DNA of 64,000 nt from Pseudomonadota bacterium (GTDB taxonomy: Bacteria > Desulfobacterota > Binatia > Binatales > Binataceae): the NCBI GenBank assembly GCA_021325355.1, contig JAJPHI010000006.1:2861-66860 (forward strand), written 5' to 3'. The notes under the pieces were generated by a model that had not been told where the DNA came from, did no database searches, and saw nothing but the letters and a program-made list of their open reading frames with translations. Numbering within the stretch: the first letter of the stretch is position 1; each line of letters starts with the position of its first letter. Positions 22,973-32,361 of this stretch are shown one piece after another. The translations under genes and the position numbers were made by a program.

Positions 22973-24469
22973 GTGGATGCTCAACAGACAGGCAGCATGA
23001 TGCAGTATCGGCAGGCACCGGCGATCGCCGGACTGCCGATGAATGAAATGTTCGAAACGGCCGGCAATCCACGGCCGGAATGCGCCCGCGTCGCCAGTTA
23101 TCTGCTGACGATGGACTCGCGCCGGCTGCTCGAACTCGGTGCGCGCGCCCATCTGATGTTCCAGGAGATGGGGGTCACCTTCAACCATTATGGCGACGCC
23201 GAGGGCACCGAGCGCATCTTCCCGTTCGATCCGGTGCCGCGGATTATACCGGCGTCCGTATGGGAACCGATCGAGGCCGGGCTGATCCAGCGCGTGCGGG
23301 CGCTCAACGCCTTCCTCGCCGACGTTTACGGCGAAGGCGTCATCTTCAAGGAAGGCCTGATTCCCCGCGAGATGGTCGTCGGATCGGCCCAGTTTCGGCA
23401 TGCCGCCGTCGGTATCCGGCCGCGCGACGATCGCTTCGTCTCGATTGCCGGTATCGATCTCGTGCGCGGCGCCGACGGTCGCTTCCTCGTGCTGGAAGAC
23501 AATCTGCGCACGCCCTCCGGCGTCTCCTACGTCCTGCAGAACCGGGTGGTGATGCGCCGTCTTTTCCCGGAATTGCTGCGGGCGCTCGAGGTGCGCAGCG
23601 TCGAGCAGTATCCGGCCGACCTGCTGGCCTGCCTGAAGGAGCTCGCGCCCAACCCGGAACGCGACCCCGTGGTGGCGATCCTTACCCCAGGACCCTATAA
23701 CTCAGCCTTCTACGAGCACGTGTTTCTCTCGCAGCAGATGGGCGTCGAGCTGGTCGAGGGACGCGATCTGATCTGCGCCGATCACAAGCTCTTCATGAAG
23801 ACCATCTACGGCCTGCGGCGCGTCGATGTGCTCTATCGGCGGGTCGATGACGACTACCTCGACCCGGTGGTTTTCCGGCCTGATTCACTGCTCGGCGTTG
23901 CCGGTCTCACCGCCGCCATCCGCGCCGGCAATGTCGCCGTCGCCAACGCCATCGGCACGGGGGTCGCCGACGACAAGGCGACCTTCGCCTATACCCCGGC
24001 CATGATCCGCTTCTATCTCAACGAGGAGCCGCTGCTGCCAATCGTCGAGACCTATCTGCTGCGCGATCCTGACCAGCGCGAAGTCGTCCTGAAGGATCTC
24101 GATCGCTACGTCATCAAACCAACCGGCGCTTCGGGCGGTTACGGGGTGATCATCGGACCGAAGGCGAGCGACGCCGAACTGGCTCAGGCGCGCGCCCGGA
24201 TCATGCGCGATCCCGCAGGCTATATCGCACAGCCGGTGGTGCAGCTTTCGGTCCATCCGACGCTGATGGCCGAAGGCGAGGGGGCGCCATGCCTCGCCCC
24301 ACGTCATGTCGATTTGCGGCCGTTCGTGCTGATGGGCGCGCGGCCGCGGGTCCTGGCGGGCGGGCTGACGCGGGTGGCGCTGCGCGAAGGTTCGCTGATC
24401 GTCAACTCGTCGCAAGGTGGCGGCAGCAAAGACACCTGGGTGGTGGAAGAAGGATGCTCCGTCGCATAG
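22973..24469 (+). CDS. circularly permuted ATP-grasp (type 2) protein
   Basis: 498 aa, typical of the CP_ATPgrasp family (DEMF-like NEMFETAGNPRPE start region, VLEDNLRTPSG, VIKPTGASGGYGV). The start is uncertain (GTG 22973, ATG 22997/23000). Confidence 0.8.
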   Translation: MDAQQTGSMMQYRQAPAIAGLPMNEMFETAGNPRPECARVASYLLTMDSRRLLELGARAHLMFQEMGVTFNHYGDAEGTERIFPFDPVPRIIPASVWEPIEAGLIQRVRALNAFLADVYGEGVIFKEGLIPREMVVGSAQFRHAAVGIRPRDDRFVSIAGIDLVRGADGRFLVLEDNLRTPSGVSYVLQNRVVMRRLFPELLRALEVRSVEQYPADLLACLKELAPNPERDPVVAILTPGPYNSAFYEHVFLSQQMGVELVEGRDLICADHKLFMKTIYGLRRVDVLYRRVDDDYLDPVVFRPDSLLGVAGLTAAIRAGNVAVANAIGTGVADDKATFAYTPAMIRFYLNEEPLLPIVETYLLRDPDQREVVLKDLDRYVIKPTGASGGYGVIIGPKASDAELAQARARIMRDPAGYIAQPVVQLSVHPTLMAEGEGAPCLAPRHVDLRPFVLMGARPRVLAGGLTRVALREGSLIVNSSQGGGSKDTWVVEEGCSVA

Positions 24470-25392
24470 CTGATCATTTATTCTGGGCGGCGCGCTACCT
24501 CGAACGCGCGCAGTGGCGCGCGCGCCTGGTCGATGTGAACTACAACCTGCTGCTGGAAGTGCCGCCGCGGGCGGCCGATCCGTGGCAGCCGATCCTGGCG
24601 ATTACCGGCGAAATTGAGACCTTTGGGGCGCATTACAGCCAGGCTGACGAACGCTCGGCCGTCACCTTCTTTGCGCTCGAAGCGAAGAATCCCTCCTCGA
24701 TCCGCAGTTGCCTCGAGACGGCGCGCTTCAATCTGCATTCGCTGCGGCATCAGATTCCCTCCGAGCTCTGGCTGGAGGTCAATCGTCTCTATCTCGAATC
24801 CCTGAGTTGGCCCAAAGACGCCCTGGCGCTACCCAGCGTCCCTGGTTTCTTCGCCACGCTGCGGGAGCGTTTCTATCTGATCGGCGGCGTGATCCAGGCC
24901 ACCATGGCGCGCGACGGTGCTTATGATTTCGTCGAAGCCGGCACGATGGTCGAATGCGCCGACAACGTTGCCCGATTACTCGACGTGAAATATCACTATC
25001 TGTTGCCGCGCCCCGAGGACGTCGGCGGCGCGGTTGACGTGCGGCAGTGGATGGCGCTCCTGCGGAGCGCCTCGTGTCTGGAGACCTTCCGCCAGATTTA
25101 CGGCAACGCCTTCCGCCCCGCCCGCGTCGTCGAGTTGCTGTTGTTCAACAGCGCCGTGCCGCGCTCGGCCCGCTTCTGCGTTGACCGGCTCGCCGCAGCT
25201 ATCCGCCGTATCTCGTCACGCGACGGTGAAAGCGCCCCGGAACTTTCGCCCGAGCGGCCCGTTGACCTGTTGGCAAAAAGCAGCGCGGCGCAAGCGATGG
25301 CTTCCGGTTTGCATGAATTCCTGCTCAACTTTCAGCGCGAGTGTGCCGCTCTGGCGACCCGCATGACCGCGGCTTATATGACGATCGACTAA
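24454..25392 (+). CDS. alpha-E domain protein (DUF403)
   Basis: Track ORF 24289 trimmed to the ATG at 24454 (MLRRIADHLFWAARYLERAQ, the classic alpha-E N-terminus). It overlaps the upstream stop by 16 nt. Confidence 0.8.
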   Translation: MLRRIADHLFWAARYLERAQWRARLVDVNYNLLLEVPPRAADPWQPILAITGEIETFGAHYSQADERSAVTFFALEAKNPSSIRSCLETARFNLHSLRHQIPSELWLEVNRLYLESLSWPKDALALPSVPGFFATLRERFYLIGGVIQATMARDGAYDFVEAGTMVECADNVARLLDVKYHYLLPRPEDVGGAVDVRQWMALLRSASCLETFRQIYGNAFRPARVVELLLFNSAVPRSARFCVDRLAAAIRRISSRDGESAPELSPERPVDLLAKSSAAQAMASGLHEFLLNFQRECAALATRMTAAYMTID

Positions 25393-25419
25393 GGGCGGCG
25401 GAGCGTATCCAGGTTAATC

Positions 25420-26340
25420 ATGCGCCTTCGTATCCGTCATCAGACACGGTTTAACTATGAACGGCCGGCCTACGATTCCCATAACGAGGTACGGCTGTGT
25501 CCCTGGGATAGCGCGGATCAGCGCCGGATCAATTTTGAGCTGACGACCTTTCCGCGGGCGGCAATCCTGCCCTATACGGACTTCTTCGGTAACCGCTGCC
25601 ATTCAATCTCGGTCACCGATCGTCATCACGTCCTCACGATCACGGCGGAGTCCACGGTCGAGATCAATGCGGCCCATCGTCCGAGTGCGCCGAACGAGCG
25701 GCCGCCAGGGCCGGAGGTGCCGTTTTCGCGCTTTCTCTCGGACGACGCGGCGCGTGCGAATCAGTTCTGCGAGTTCATGAGCTCGAGTCGCTACGTGCCC
25801 TTCAGCGAGCGTCTGCGCAAATTCTTCTGGAACGGTGTGCGACCGCGCGGCAACGATGACGTGGCGGACTACGTGATGCGGGTCGTTGCCTTCGTGCATG
25901 ATCAATTTCACTACGAGCCCGCTTCCACGCACGTCTATTCGAGCGTCAACGATATTCTCAAATCGGGGGCGGGCGTCTGCCAGGACTTTGCTCATCTGAC
26001 GATCGGCCTGCTGCGTCTCGCCGGCGTGCCGGCGCGCTATGTCTCGGGCTATCTCGCGCCGCATGAGCAGACCCAACTTGGCGAACAGGCGAGCCATGCG
26101 TGGCTCGAGGCGTGGCTGCCGGGCGCGGGCTGGACCGGCTACGATCCGACCCATCGCTGCCGCACCGACGAGCGCCACGTCGGGATGGCGATCGGGCGCG
26201 ATTACGGCGACGTTCCCCCGATCCGCGGGTGTTACCGAAGCGACGGCAGAAAGTCGATGATGCGCGTCAGTCTCGATATCGAACGCCGCGACGAAGCGGA
26301 CGACACGGCGGTCGTCGGGCGCTGCCACTCGCAACAGTGA
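25420..26340 (+). CDS. transglutaminase-like cysteine protease family protein (Bact_transglu_N + transglutaminase core)
   Basis: 306 aa with MRLRIRHQTRFNYERPAY and the core GAGVCQDFAHL ... HAWLEAW ... YDPT (Cys-His-Asp). Confidence 0.85.
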   Translation: MRLRIRHQTRFNYERPAYDSHNEVRLCPWDSADQRRINFELTTFPRAAILPYTDFFGNRCHSISVTDRHHVLTITAESTVEINAAHRPSAPNERPPGPEVPFSRFLSDDAARANQFCEFMSSSRYVPFSERLRKFFWNGVRPRGNDDVADYVMRVVAFVHDQFHYEPASTHVYSSVNDILKSGAGVCQDFAHLTIGLLRLAGVPARYVSGYLAPHEQTQLGEQASHAWLEAWLPGAGWTGYDPTHRCRTDERHVGMAIGRDYGDVPPIRGCYRSDGRKSMMRVSLDIERRDEADDTAVVGRCHSQQ

Positions 26341-26433
26341 GCTATCCGGCTGTCCGGTTGCGCGCGTAATCGCGTCAGCCGATCGGTTTTTGAGGGCGCG
26401 CCCGGTTCGCAGCGCCCCCTGCCCCATCTTCAG

Positions 26434-27885
26434 CTATTGATTTGCGCTCGCGCCGTTCGCTTGACCGGGCACCGCCTGTAGAACCGACCCCGCATCGGCG
26501 GTTTCGTCCGGCTTGTTCAGTTGCGCCTCGTACTGCTGCCAGTGCTGCAGGATATTGATCGCCTTATCGAGCTGCACGTCGTCCGCTTTCTTCGCCTGAT
26601 GGCCCTTCAGGCTCGAAATCGGGACGACCCCGGATGGACTGGCGGCGCCGGGCACGTGCGGCGCAGCCGGCGATTCAGGAGTCTTCTGCTTGTTCTGAAA
26701 GTGATGCAAAAGGTCGCTTTCATGAATCTCGTCGTCCTGGTCGAACTGCAGATCCTCCGCTTCGAGGGCGGCGAGAGTCGGTTTCGGTGGTTCGACCACG
26801 ACGTCGGGCGTGATCCCGACCGCCTGAATTGAACGGCCGTTGGGCGTAAAGTAGCGCGCCGTCGTCAGGCGCAAGGCCGATTCGTCATCGAGCGGCAGGA
26901 TCGTCTGTACGGAACCCTTGCCGAAGGTCTGCGTGCCTTCGACGATGACGCGACGCTGATCCTGGAGGGCGCCGGCGACGATTTCGCTCGCGCTCGCGCT
27001 GCCGCCATTGACCAGCACGACCATCGGATAGTCGCGAAAATCACGCTTCTTGTGCGAGAAGTATTTCTGCTCCTGGTTCTCGGTGCGCCCTTCGGTGTAA
27101 ACGATCAGGCCGCCGTCCAGAAATTCATCGGAAACTGACACCGCCTGATTGAGCAAGCCGCCCGGGTTGTCCCGCAGATCGAGCACCAAACCCTTGATCG
27201 GCCCGTTCTGCTCAAACCGGTCGAGCGCCTTCTGGACGTCGTCGCTGGTCCCGTCCTGGAACGTCGAGATGCGGATATAATCGTATCCTCCGGGGAGCTG
27301 CTTGGCCTTGACCGACTGAATTTTGATGACGTCGCGGGTCAGCGTCACGGTGAAGAGCTCAGGGACGCCGTCGCGATGGAGGGTCAGATGAATCTGACTG
27401 CCCTTCGGCCCGCGCATCCGTTGCACCGCATCGGTCAGCGTCATGCCCTTGGTGAAGTCATCGTCAATCTTGACAATCTGGTCCCCGGACTTGATGCCGG
27501 CTTCGGCGGCGGGCGTGCCCTCGATCGGCGCCACGACGGTCAGCATGTCGTTTTTGATCGTGATTTCGATACCGAGCCCGCCGAAGCTGCCGCGCGTCTC
27601 GACTTCCAGATCCTTGTACAAATCGGGCGTCAGATAGGCGCTGTGCGGATCGAGCGACGACAGCATCCCGACGATGGCGCCGTCGACCAGTTGCTTGGTG
27701 GAAACCGGCTCGACGTAGTTCTTCTGCACGATGGCGATCACGTTGGCGAAGGTCTGGAGCTCTTTGTAAGTATCGTCCGGCAGCGCATTGGCGCGGCGAA
27801 CCGCGAGGTCGCCAATCACGACCAGACAAACGACGAGCCCGAAGCCCATCACCGCGATTAACCTGTTCGACTTACTTCTTGGCAT
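26434..27885 (-). CDS. S41 carboxy-terminal processing protease with PDZ domain
   Basis: 483 aa with an N-terminal membrane anchor, a PDZ domain (GDQIVKIDD), GSASASEIVAGALQD and TFGKGSVQ. Confidence 0.88.
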   Translation of the reverse strand: MPRSKSNRLIAVMGFGLVVCLVVIGDLAVRRANALPDDTYKELQTFANVIAIVQKNYVEPVSTKQLVDGAIVGMLSSLDPHSAYLTPDLYKDLEVETRGSFGGLGIEITIKNDMLTVVAPIEGTPAAEAGIKSGDQIVKIDDDFTKGMTLTDAVQRMRGPKGSQIHLTLHRDGVPELFTVTLTRDVIKIQSVKAKQLPGGYDYIRISTFQDGTSDDVQKALDRFEQNGPIKGLVLDLRDNPGGLLNQAVSVSDEFLDGGLIVYTEGRTENQEQKYFSHKKRDFRDYPMVVLVNGGSASASEIVAGALQDQRRVIVEGTQTFGKGSVQTILPLDDESALRLTTARYFTPNGRSIQAVGITPDVVVEPPKPTLAALEAEDLQFDQDDEIHESDLLHHFQNKQKTPESPAAPHVPGAASPSGVVPISSLKGHQAKKADDVQLDKAINILQHWQQYEAQLNKPDETADAGSVLQAVPGQANGASANQ

Positions 27886-27945
27886 TGATCCCCGCCTAAA
27901 TTGTCTTGCATCACCTGACGATCGTGCGAGCCGCGCCGCGGCGCG

Positions 27946-28533
27946 CTATCCCGTTTTGGCCTTCAGCAGATCCTCGAGCGCCGAACGGATATCCGGATTG
28001 CTCCAGTCATAGGGCCCCACGTGATGGGCCACGATACGGCCGTCGCGGCCAATCACGAACGATTCGGGCAAACCGCTCACGTTGTAGGCTTCGCCCACGG
28101 TATTGCGCGGGTCGAGCAGCACCGGGAAATTGAAATTGTTCTTCCTGATATATTGCGCTGCGGCCTTAGGGTTGGTGTCTTCGCTGACCGCCAGGGTGAC
28201 GAAGTCCGGCTGCTGCCGAAAGGCGCGATAGAGCGATTCAATCGACGGCATCTCGCTCCGGCACGGCGGACACCAGGTGGCCCAGACGTTCAGGAACACC
28301 ACCTTGCCGCGCAGGCCGGCAAGCGAGACGCTTTTACCGTCAAGGCCGGTGAGGGTGAAGTTGGGCGCGGTCAAGCCGGCGGCTATCGTCGGCGGCTCAT
28401 CCGCGGGACCCTGATTCGCGAAGGTATGCATCGCCCCGCGATAGAGGCTCGGTGACGAAAACAGGATGAACGCGAGCGCGACCAGAATCACGACACCGGA
28501 AACCACGCTCAGGATACGAATGTTGCGCGTCAT
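27946..28533 (-). CDS. TlpA-family thiol:disulfide oxidoreductase (redoxin)
   Basis: Track ORF trimmed to MTRNIRILSVV... at 28533. It has a TM anchor and the CxxC motif WATWCPPCRSEMP. Its ATG overlaps the lgt TGA (ATGA). Confidence 0.85.
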   Translation of the reverse strand: MTRNIRILSVVSGVVILVALAFILFSSPSLYRGAMHTFANQGPADEPPTIAAGLTAPNFTLTGLDGKSVSLAGLRGKVVFLNVWATWCPPCRSEMPSIESLYRAFRQQPDFVTLAVSEDTNPKAAAQYIRKNNFNFPVLLDPRNTVGEAYNVSGLPESFVIGRDGRIVAHHVGPYDWSNPDIRSALEDLLKAKTG

Positions 28534-29405
28534 TGCGCCGCTCTCATTTGCATTTGAGCCGCCGTCCCGACTGATCTTAACGATAGCGGATAATACAGGG
28601 CGAGGCCCGCGATTATAATCACGACCGAAATGACCTGCGCCTCGCTGAAACACCACAGGACGCGTGGATTAATCCGGACGAACTCGACCAGGAAGCGCGC
28701 GGCGCCGGCGAGAATCAGGTACAGGCAGAGGCGTTGACCGTCGAATCTGCTCCGCCGCCGCATCGACCAGAGCAGCGCGAAGATCGCGACATACATGATG
28801 ATCTCATAAATCGGTGTCGGATGGACGCGGACGCCCGGGAAGAAACCGTCCACCAGTTGCCACTGCGGCCCGAGCTTAAGCACGGTGGAGGGGATAAACG
28901 TGCCGTCCGCCAGATGCAGATCGCCGTGCCATCCGACGATCGCGTGCGGGTAGGCCATCGCCCACGGCAAGGTCGAGGGCAAGCCCCAGTCGCCGTCACC
29001 CGACAGCAGACAACCGAGCCGGCCGAAGGCCATCCCGAGCGCAAGCGGCGCCGCACACATATCGGCAACCCTGACGAAGGGCACCTTGTATCGTCGCGCC
29101 ACCAGATAGGTCGAGAGCAGACCGCCGAGAAAGCCCCCGTACCAGACAAAGCCCGACCCGGAGAAGATGATCGACAAGGGATGGGCGGCGTAGGTCGGCC
29201 AGTTATCGATCGCGTCGTAAACCCGCGACCCGGCGAAGCCGAAAATCGCACCCCATACCACCAGCGAGTCGCCCAACCCCGGTGGATAGCCGCGCTGCCG
29301 GCACTCGATACCGAGCAGGATGCTGGCGACGATAAACCCCAGCGCTGCAGAAACGCCAAAGCTGTAGATCGTGACAGGACCGAGATGGAACAGGACCGGG
29401 ATCAT
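28530..29405 (-). CDS. lgt: prolipoprotein diacylglyceryl transferase
   Basis: 291 aa polytopic membrane protein with Lgt-type motifs (GRLGCLLSGD, HPTPIYE). Confidence 0.88.
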   Translation of the reverse strand: MIPVLFHLGPVTIYSFGVSAALGFIVASILLGIECRQRGYPPGLGDSLVVWGAIFGFAGSRVYDAIDNWPTYAAHPLSIIFSGSGFVWYGGFLGGLLSTYLVARRYKVPFVRVADMCAAPLALGMAFGRLGCLLSGDGDWGLPSTLPWAMAYPHAIVGWHGDLHLADGTFIPSTVLKLGPQWQLVDGFFPGVRVHPTPIYEIIMYVAIFALLWSMRRRSRFDGQRLCLYLILAGAARFLVEFVRINPRVLWCFSEAQVISVVIIIAGLALYYPLSLRSVGTAAQMQMRAAQ

Positions 29406-29553
29406 GGTCGCGACGTCGTCGTTTCAGAGCCTATCGCAAGGACGGCCTTTGCGCCATTGTCGAGCTGCGGTGCTTCCTCGCCAATCCGGCCACGTTGCGC
29501 TAGGCTTGCGCCCTGCATTTCCGCGACAACCACTTGAATTCATAGACGAGGCC

Positions 29554-29997
29554 ATGCGCGCAATTGTTCAGCGGGTCAGTCGCGCCGAGGTTCGCGTCGG
29601 CGGGCGCGCCGTCGGACGAATCGGCCCCGGCCTCGTCATCCTGCTCGGGGTCGGCCGCAGCGACACGGAAAAAGATGCCGAATTCATCCTCGATCGCGTG
29701 CGCGGGATGCGCATCTTGGCCGATCCTGCGGGCAGGATGAACCTGGCGCTCGCCACCTCTCGCGGCGCCTTGCTGATTGTCTCGCAGTTCACGCTCTTTG
29801 CCGACACGAGCCAGCGGCGGCCGTCGTTCAGCGCCGCCGCTCCGGCGGATCAGGCGCGGCATCTGTACGATTACTTCGTCAGACGCGCGCGTGAAAACGG
29901 CCTCGAGGTGGCGACGGGCGAGTTCGGCGCCCATATGGAGGTCGAACTGGTCAACGACGGTCCGGTCACGATCCTGCTCGACAGCCGTCCCGCCTGA
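29554..29997 (+). CDS. dtd: D-aminoacyl-tRNA deacylase
   Basis: Track ORF 29371 trimmed to the ATG at 29554 (MRAIVQRVSRAEV). It has SQFTL and NDGPVT motifs and is 147 aa. Confidence 0.9.
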   Translation: MRAIVQRVSRAEVRVGGRAVGRIGPGLVILLGVGRSDTEKDAEFILDRVRGMRILADPAGRMNLALATSRGALLIVSQFTLFADTSQRRPSFSAAAPADQARHLYDYFVRRARENGLEVATGEFGAHMEVELVNDGPVTILLDSRPA

Positions 29998-30085
29998 GGC
30001 GCCCCGCCGCCGTCAGGGTCACCGTCGGCGCCCGGGTCGCGAGCGCCGAAACCTTGCAACCTCGGCGCTCGCGACGGCAATTCCT

Positions 30086-30463
30086 CTAGGCGGTCTGTTT
30101 GGCAAAGGTGTTGAGATCGAAATAGTCGCGCCAGACTTTGATTTTGCCGTTATTGTCGAGCTCGAACATCCCGGCGACCGGAATATCCGCCTTCTTGCCG
30201 TTCTTCATCGTGATCGAGTCCACGCGTTCGTTGAAGATCACGTTGCCTTCGTGCACGGTGCGCAGGATTTTGGCGCTGAAGGCGGTCGCGTCCTTGAGGA
30301 AGCCGGCGGTCATCTCGCGAATCGCCGTTTTACCTTTGGCCGGCTTCATCGGCACATTGTCCCATACGGCGTCCTCGGCAAAATAGGACATGATCCCTTC
30401 GAGGTCGAGCCTGGTCCACGCAGCGAAGAGGTCGCTGACTTGTTTTTCGCAATTGGCTGCCAT
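30086..30463 (-). CDS. NTF2-fold SnoaL / limonene-1,2-epoxide hydrolase-like protein
   Basis: 125 aa with an LEH-family-like pattern (MSYFAEDAVWDN..., KIKVWRDYFD). AAGGAG RBS is present. Confidence 0.65.
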   Translation of the reverse strand: MAANCEKQVSDLFAAWTRLDLEGIMSYFAEDAVWDNVPMKPAKGKTAIREMTAGFLKDATAFSAKILRTVHEGNVIFNERVDSITMKNGKKADIPVAGMFELDNNGKIKVWRDYFDLNTFAKQTA

Positions 30464-30610
30464 AGCGGTCGCTCCTTTTTTTTGACTTGCCAGCGCGGCG
30501 GCGCGAAAGCGCCGGCTTCAGCCCCGATGTAGTACGCGAGGGAGGTCGAGGCAACCCCGCCGATCGGCGAGCCGCGCCCGATCGCGAGAGCGTGCCGCGC
30601 GCCGGCCGTA

Positions 30611-31777
30611 TCACAGGTCGCGCCGGAAGATACTCAGTCGGGCGATCCGGGCGCGATCATAGGCGCGCCACTTCACGCCGCTGACCTCTTTGGCCGACAC
30701 CCGGCGAAATCCCAGACGGGAAAAAAACCGCGCCGCGCGTTCTTCGGAGGTGCAGGCGAAGACATACCGCAGGCGGCGCTCCCGGGCTTCCTCGAGCACG
30801 CGGGCGATAAGCTCCTGAGCGACGCCCTCACGCTGAAAGCGCGTCAGTGTGTAGAGCGCGGTGATTTCACCCGCGCGCTCGCGCCGATAGGGCTCGGTCA
30901 GAAGCGAGACGATGCCGGCGAGGTGCTCGTCGCCGATGCGGTAGCCGAAGCATGAGGGCAGCAGGGCCGCGATCGCCTCGTCCGAACGCGGCAGCAGGAA
31001 ACCCTCGTCCTGACCGCGACGAATCAGCGCTTCGGCTTCCTCGAAATCGTCGATCGCGATCGGCCGCACGTCGCCGTACTGATGCTCGGTAAAGAGCGTG
31101 CCGGCGCCGATGAAGCTGAAAACTTCCTCATACACGTCGCGCGGCGCCGTCAGATTAATCGAGGCGACGCCGTCCTCGAGCGCGAGTCGCGCGGCGCGGA
31201 TGATCGCGCGCCGGAGCGGCGTCCGTTCGCTCGCGATCACGCGCCTGAGCCGCTTCAGTTCGACGAAGGGCAGACGATTGCCGTCGGGACCGGTCAGGCC
31301 GCCGCCGCGATCGAGGAACAACAGTTTGAAAACGCGCAGCCGTGACGCCAGTTCGCGCGCGAAGACCACGAGGTCGTCGGCGTCGCCGCCGGCCGTCGCC
31401 GCCAGCACGATCGAACCGGCCCGCAGCCGCTGCCAGATTGCGGCAACCGCCGAGTCCGGTGGATAGGGGCGGCTGCGGCGACCGCGCGACGGATTGAACT
31501 GCGGCACCTCACCGCGCGGGCACAGCCGGCCGAGGCGCTGCGTCAGCTTGGGCAGAGCGGCCGCCGCGGCCACCACGATACAGCGGGTCTGATTGCGTCG
31601 GAGCTCGCGCAGCGTCTTGACCAGCGCGTCAAATTCCACCAACCGGCTGCCGATCGGCGGAACGACCGCGAAGAGCAGGCTTTTGCCGTAGAACTCTTCG
31701 AGGTAAAAGGCCTTTTCGGTGAAAATCGGACCGCGCCGACGCAGCGGGACGACGGCTGGCGCCAGCGTTTCAGTCAA
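30611..31777 (-). CDS. N-acetylglutamate synthase-like protein (amino-acid-kinase-like N-domain + GNAT C-domain)
   Basis: 388 aa with a TTG start. The C-terminal GNAT signature is RFQREGVAQELIARVLEEARERRLRYVFACT. The N-domain assignment is tentative. Confidence 0.5.
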   Translation of the reverse strand: MTETLAPAVVPLRRRGPIFTEKAFYLEEFYGKSLLFAVVPPIGSRLVEFDALVKTLRELRRNQTRCIVVAAAAALPKLTQRLGRLCPRGEVPQFNPSRGRRSRPYPPDSAVAAIWQRLRAGSIVLAATAGGDADDLVVFARELASRLRVFKLLFLDRGGGLTGPDGNRLPFVELKRLRRVIASERTPLRRAIIRAARLALEDGVASINLTAPRDVYEEVFSFIGAGTLFTEHQYGDVRPIAIDDFEEAEALIRRGQDEGFLLPRSDEAIAALLPSCFGYRIGDEHLAGIVSLLTEPYRRERAGEITALYTLTRFQREGVAQELIARVLEEARERRLRYVFACTSEERAARFFSRLGFRRVSAKEVSGVKWRAYDRARIARLSIFRRDL

Positions 31778-31884
31778 TGGGGTAGCGCGGTGATCCCGCC
31801 CGCATCAGGGCCGCGGGGCGCAGCGTGGCCCATCGCAGGCGTTGCCCGTCGGACGCGAAAGCCCAGCGCTGATCAGCCATCGGG

Positions 31885-32361
31885 TCAGGATTTGGCCGCG
31901 TCCAGCGCGTCGAGACCCATCGCGAGCACGCCCCTTGGAACCGTACCCGGGCGGATGCGTGTGGCGACTTCGCTGAGCATCGTATGGGAAAACACCTCGA
32001 GCAGCACGCGTTGCCCTTCTTCCCATACCCGGAACATCCGACAGGCCGGCTGCAGACTGCAACTGACGCCCTCTTCGACGCACAGGTTGAGCGAGATGGG
32101 GCCCTCGACGGTTTCGATAATGTCGCGAAATGAAATGGTGTCGGCCGAACGCGCGAGCTGATAACCGCCGCCGGGGCCCCGCCGCGCCCGCACCAGCCCG
32201 CCGCGCATCAGATCCCGTATGACCTTTTCCAGATAGTACTTCGGAATATGCTCGGTGCGGGCGATTTCGATACCGCGGGCAACGCCTTCGGGATTATCCG
32301 CGAGATGGATCATCGCGCGCAGCGCATACTCGATCTTGCGCGGAATCTGCATCAGGCTCAT
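31885..32361 (-). CDS. Rrf2 family transcriptional regulator (three-Cys cluster type)
   Basis: 158 aa with MSLMQIPRKIEYALRAMIHLA, a wHTH, and Cys-x6-Cys-x5-Cys (CVEEGVSCSLQPAC). Its ATG overlaps the ribE TGA. Confidence 0.85.
   Translation of the reverse strand: MSLMQIPRKIEYALRAMIHLADNPEGVARGIEIARTEHIPKYYLEKVIRDLMRGGLVRARRGPGGGYQLARSADTISFRDIIETVEGPISLNLCVEEGVSCSLQPACRMFRVWEEGQRVLLEVFSHTMLSEVATRIRPGTVPRGVLAMGLDALDAAKS

Noticed and set aside
30476-30514. T8 run followed by a GGCGC-GAAA-GCGCC tetraloop hairpin between the NAGS-like and SnoaL genes
   Set aside because: The order is wrong for an intrinsic terminator on either strand: the T-run precedes the hairpin on +, and an A-run follows it on -. 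The A-run is more likely part of the RBS-proximal leader (AAAAAAAAGGAG) of the SnoaL gene.
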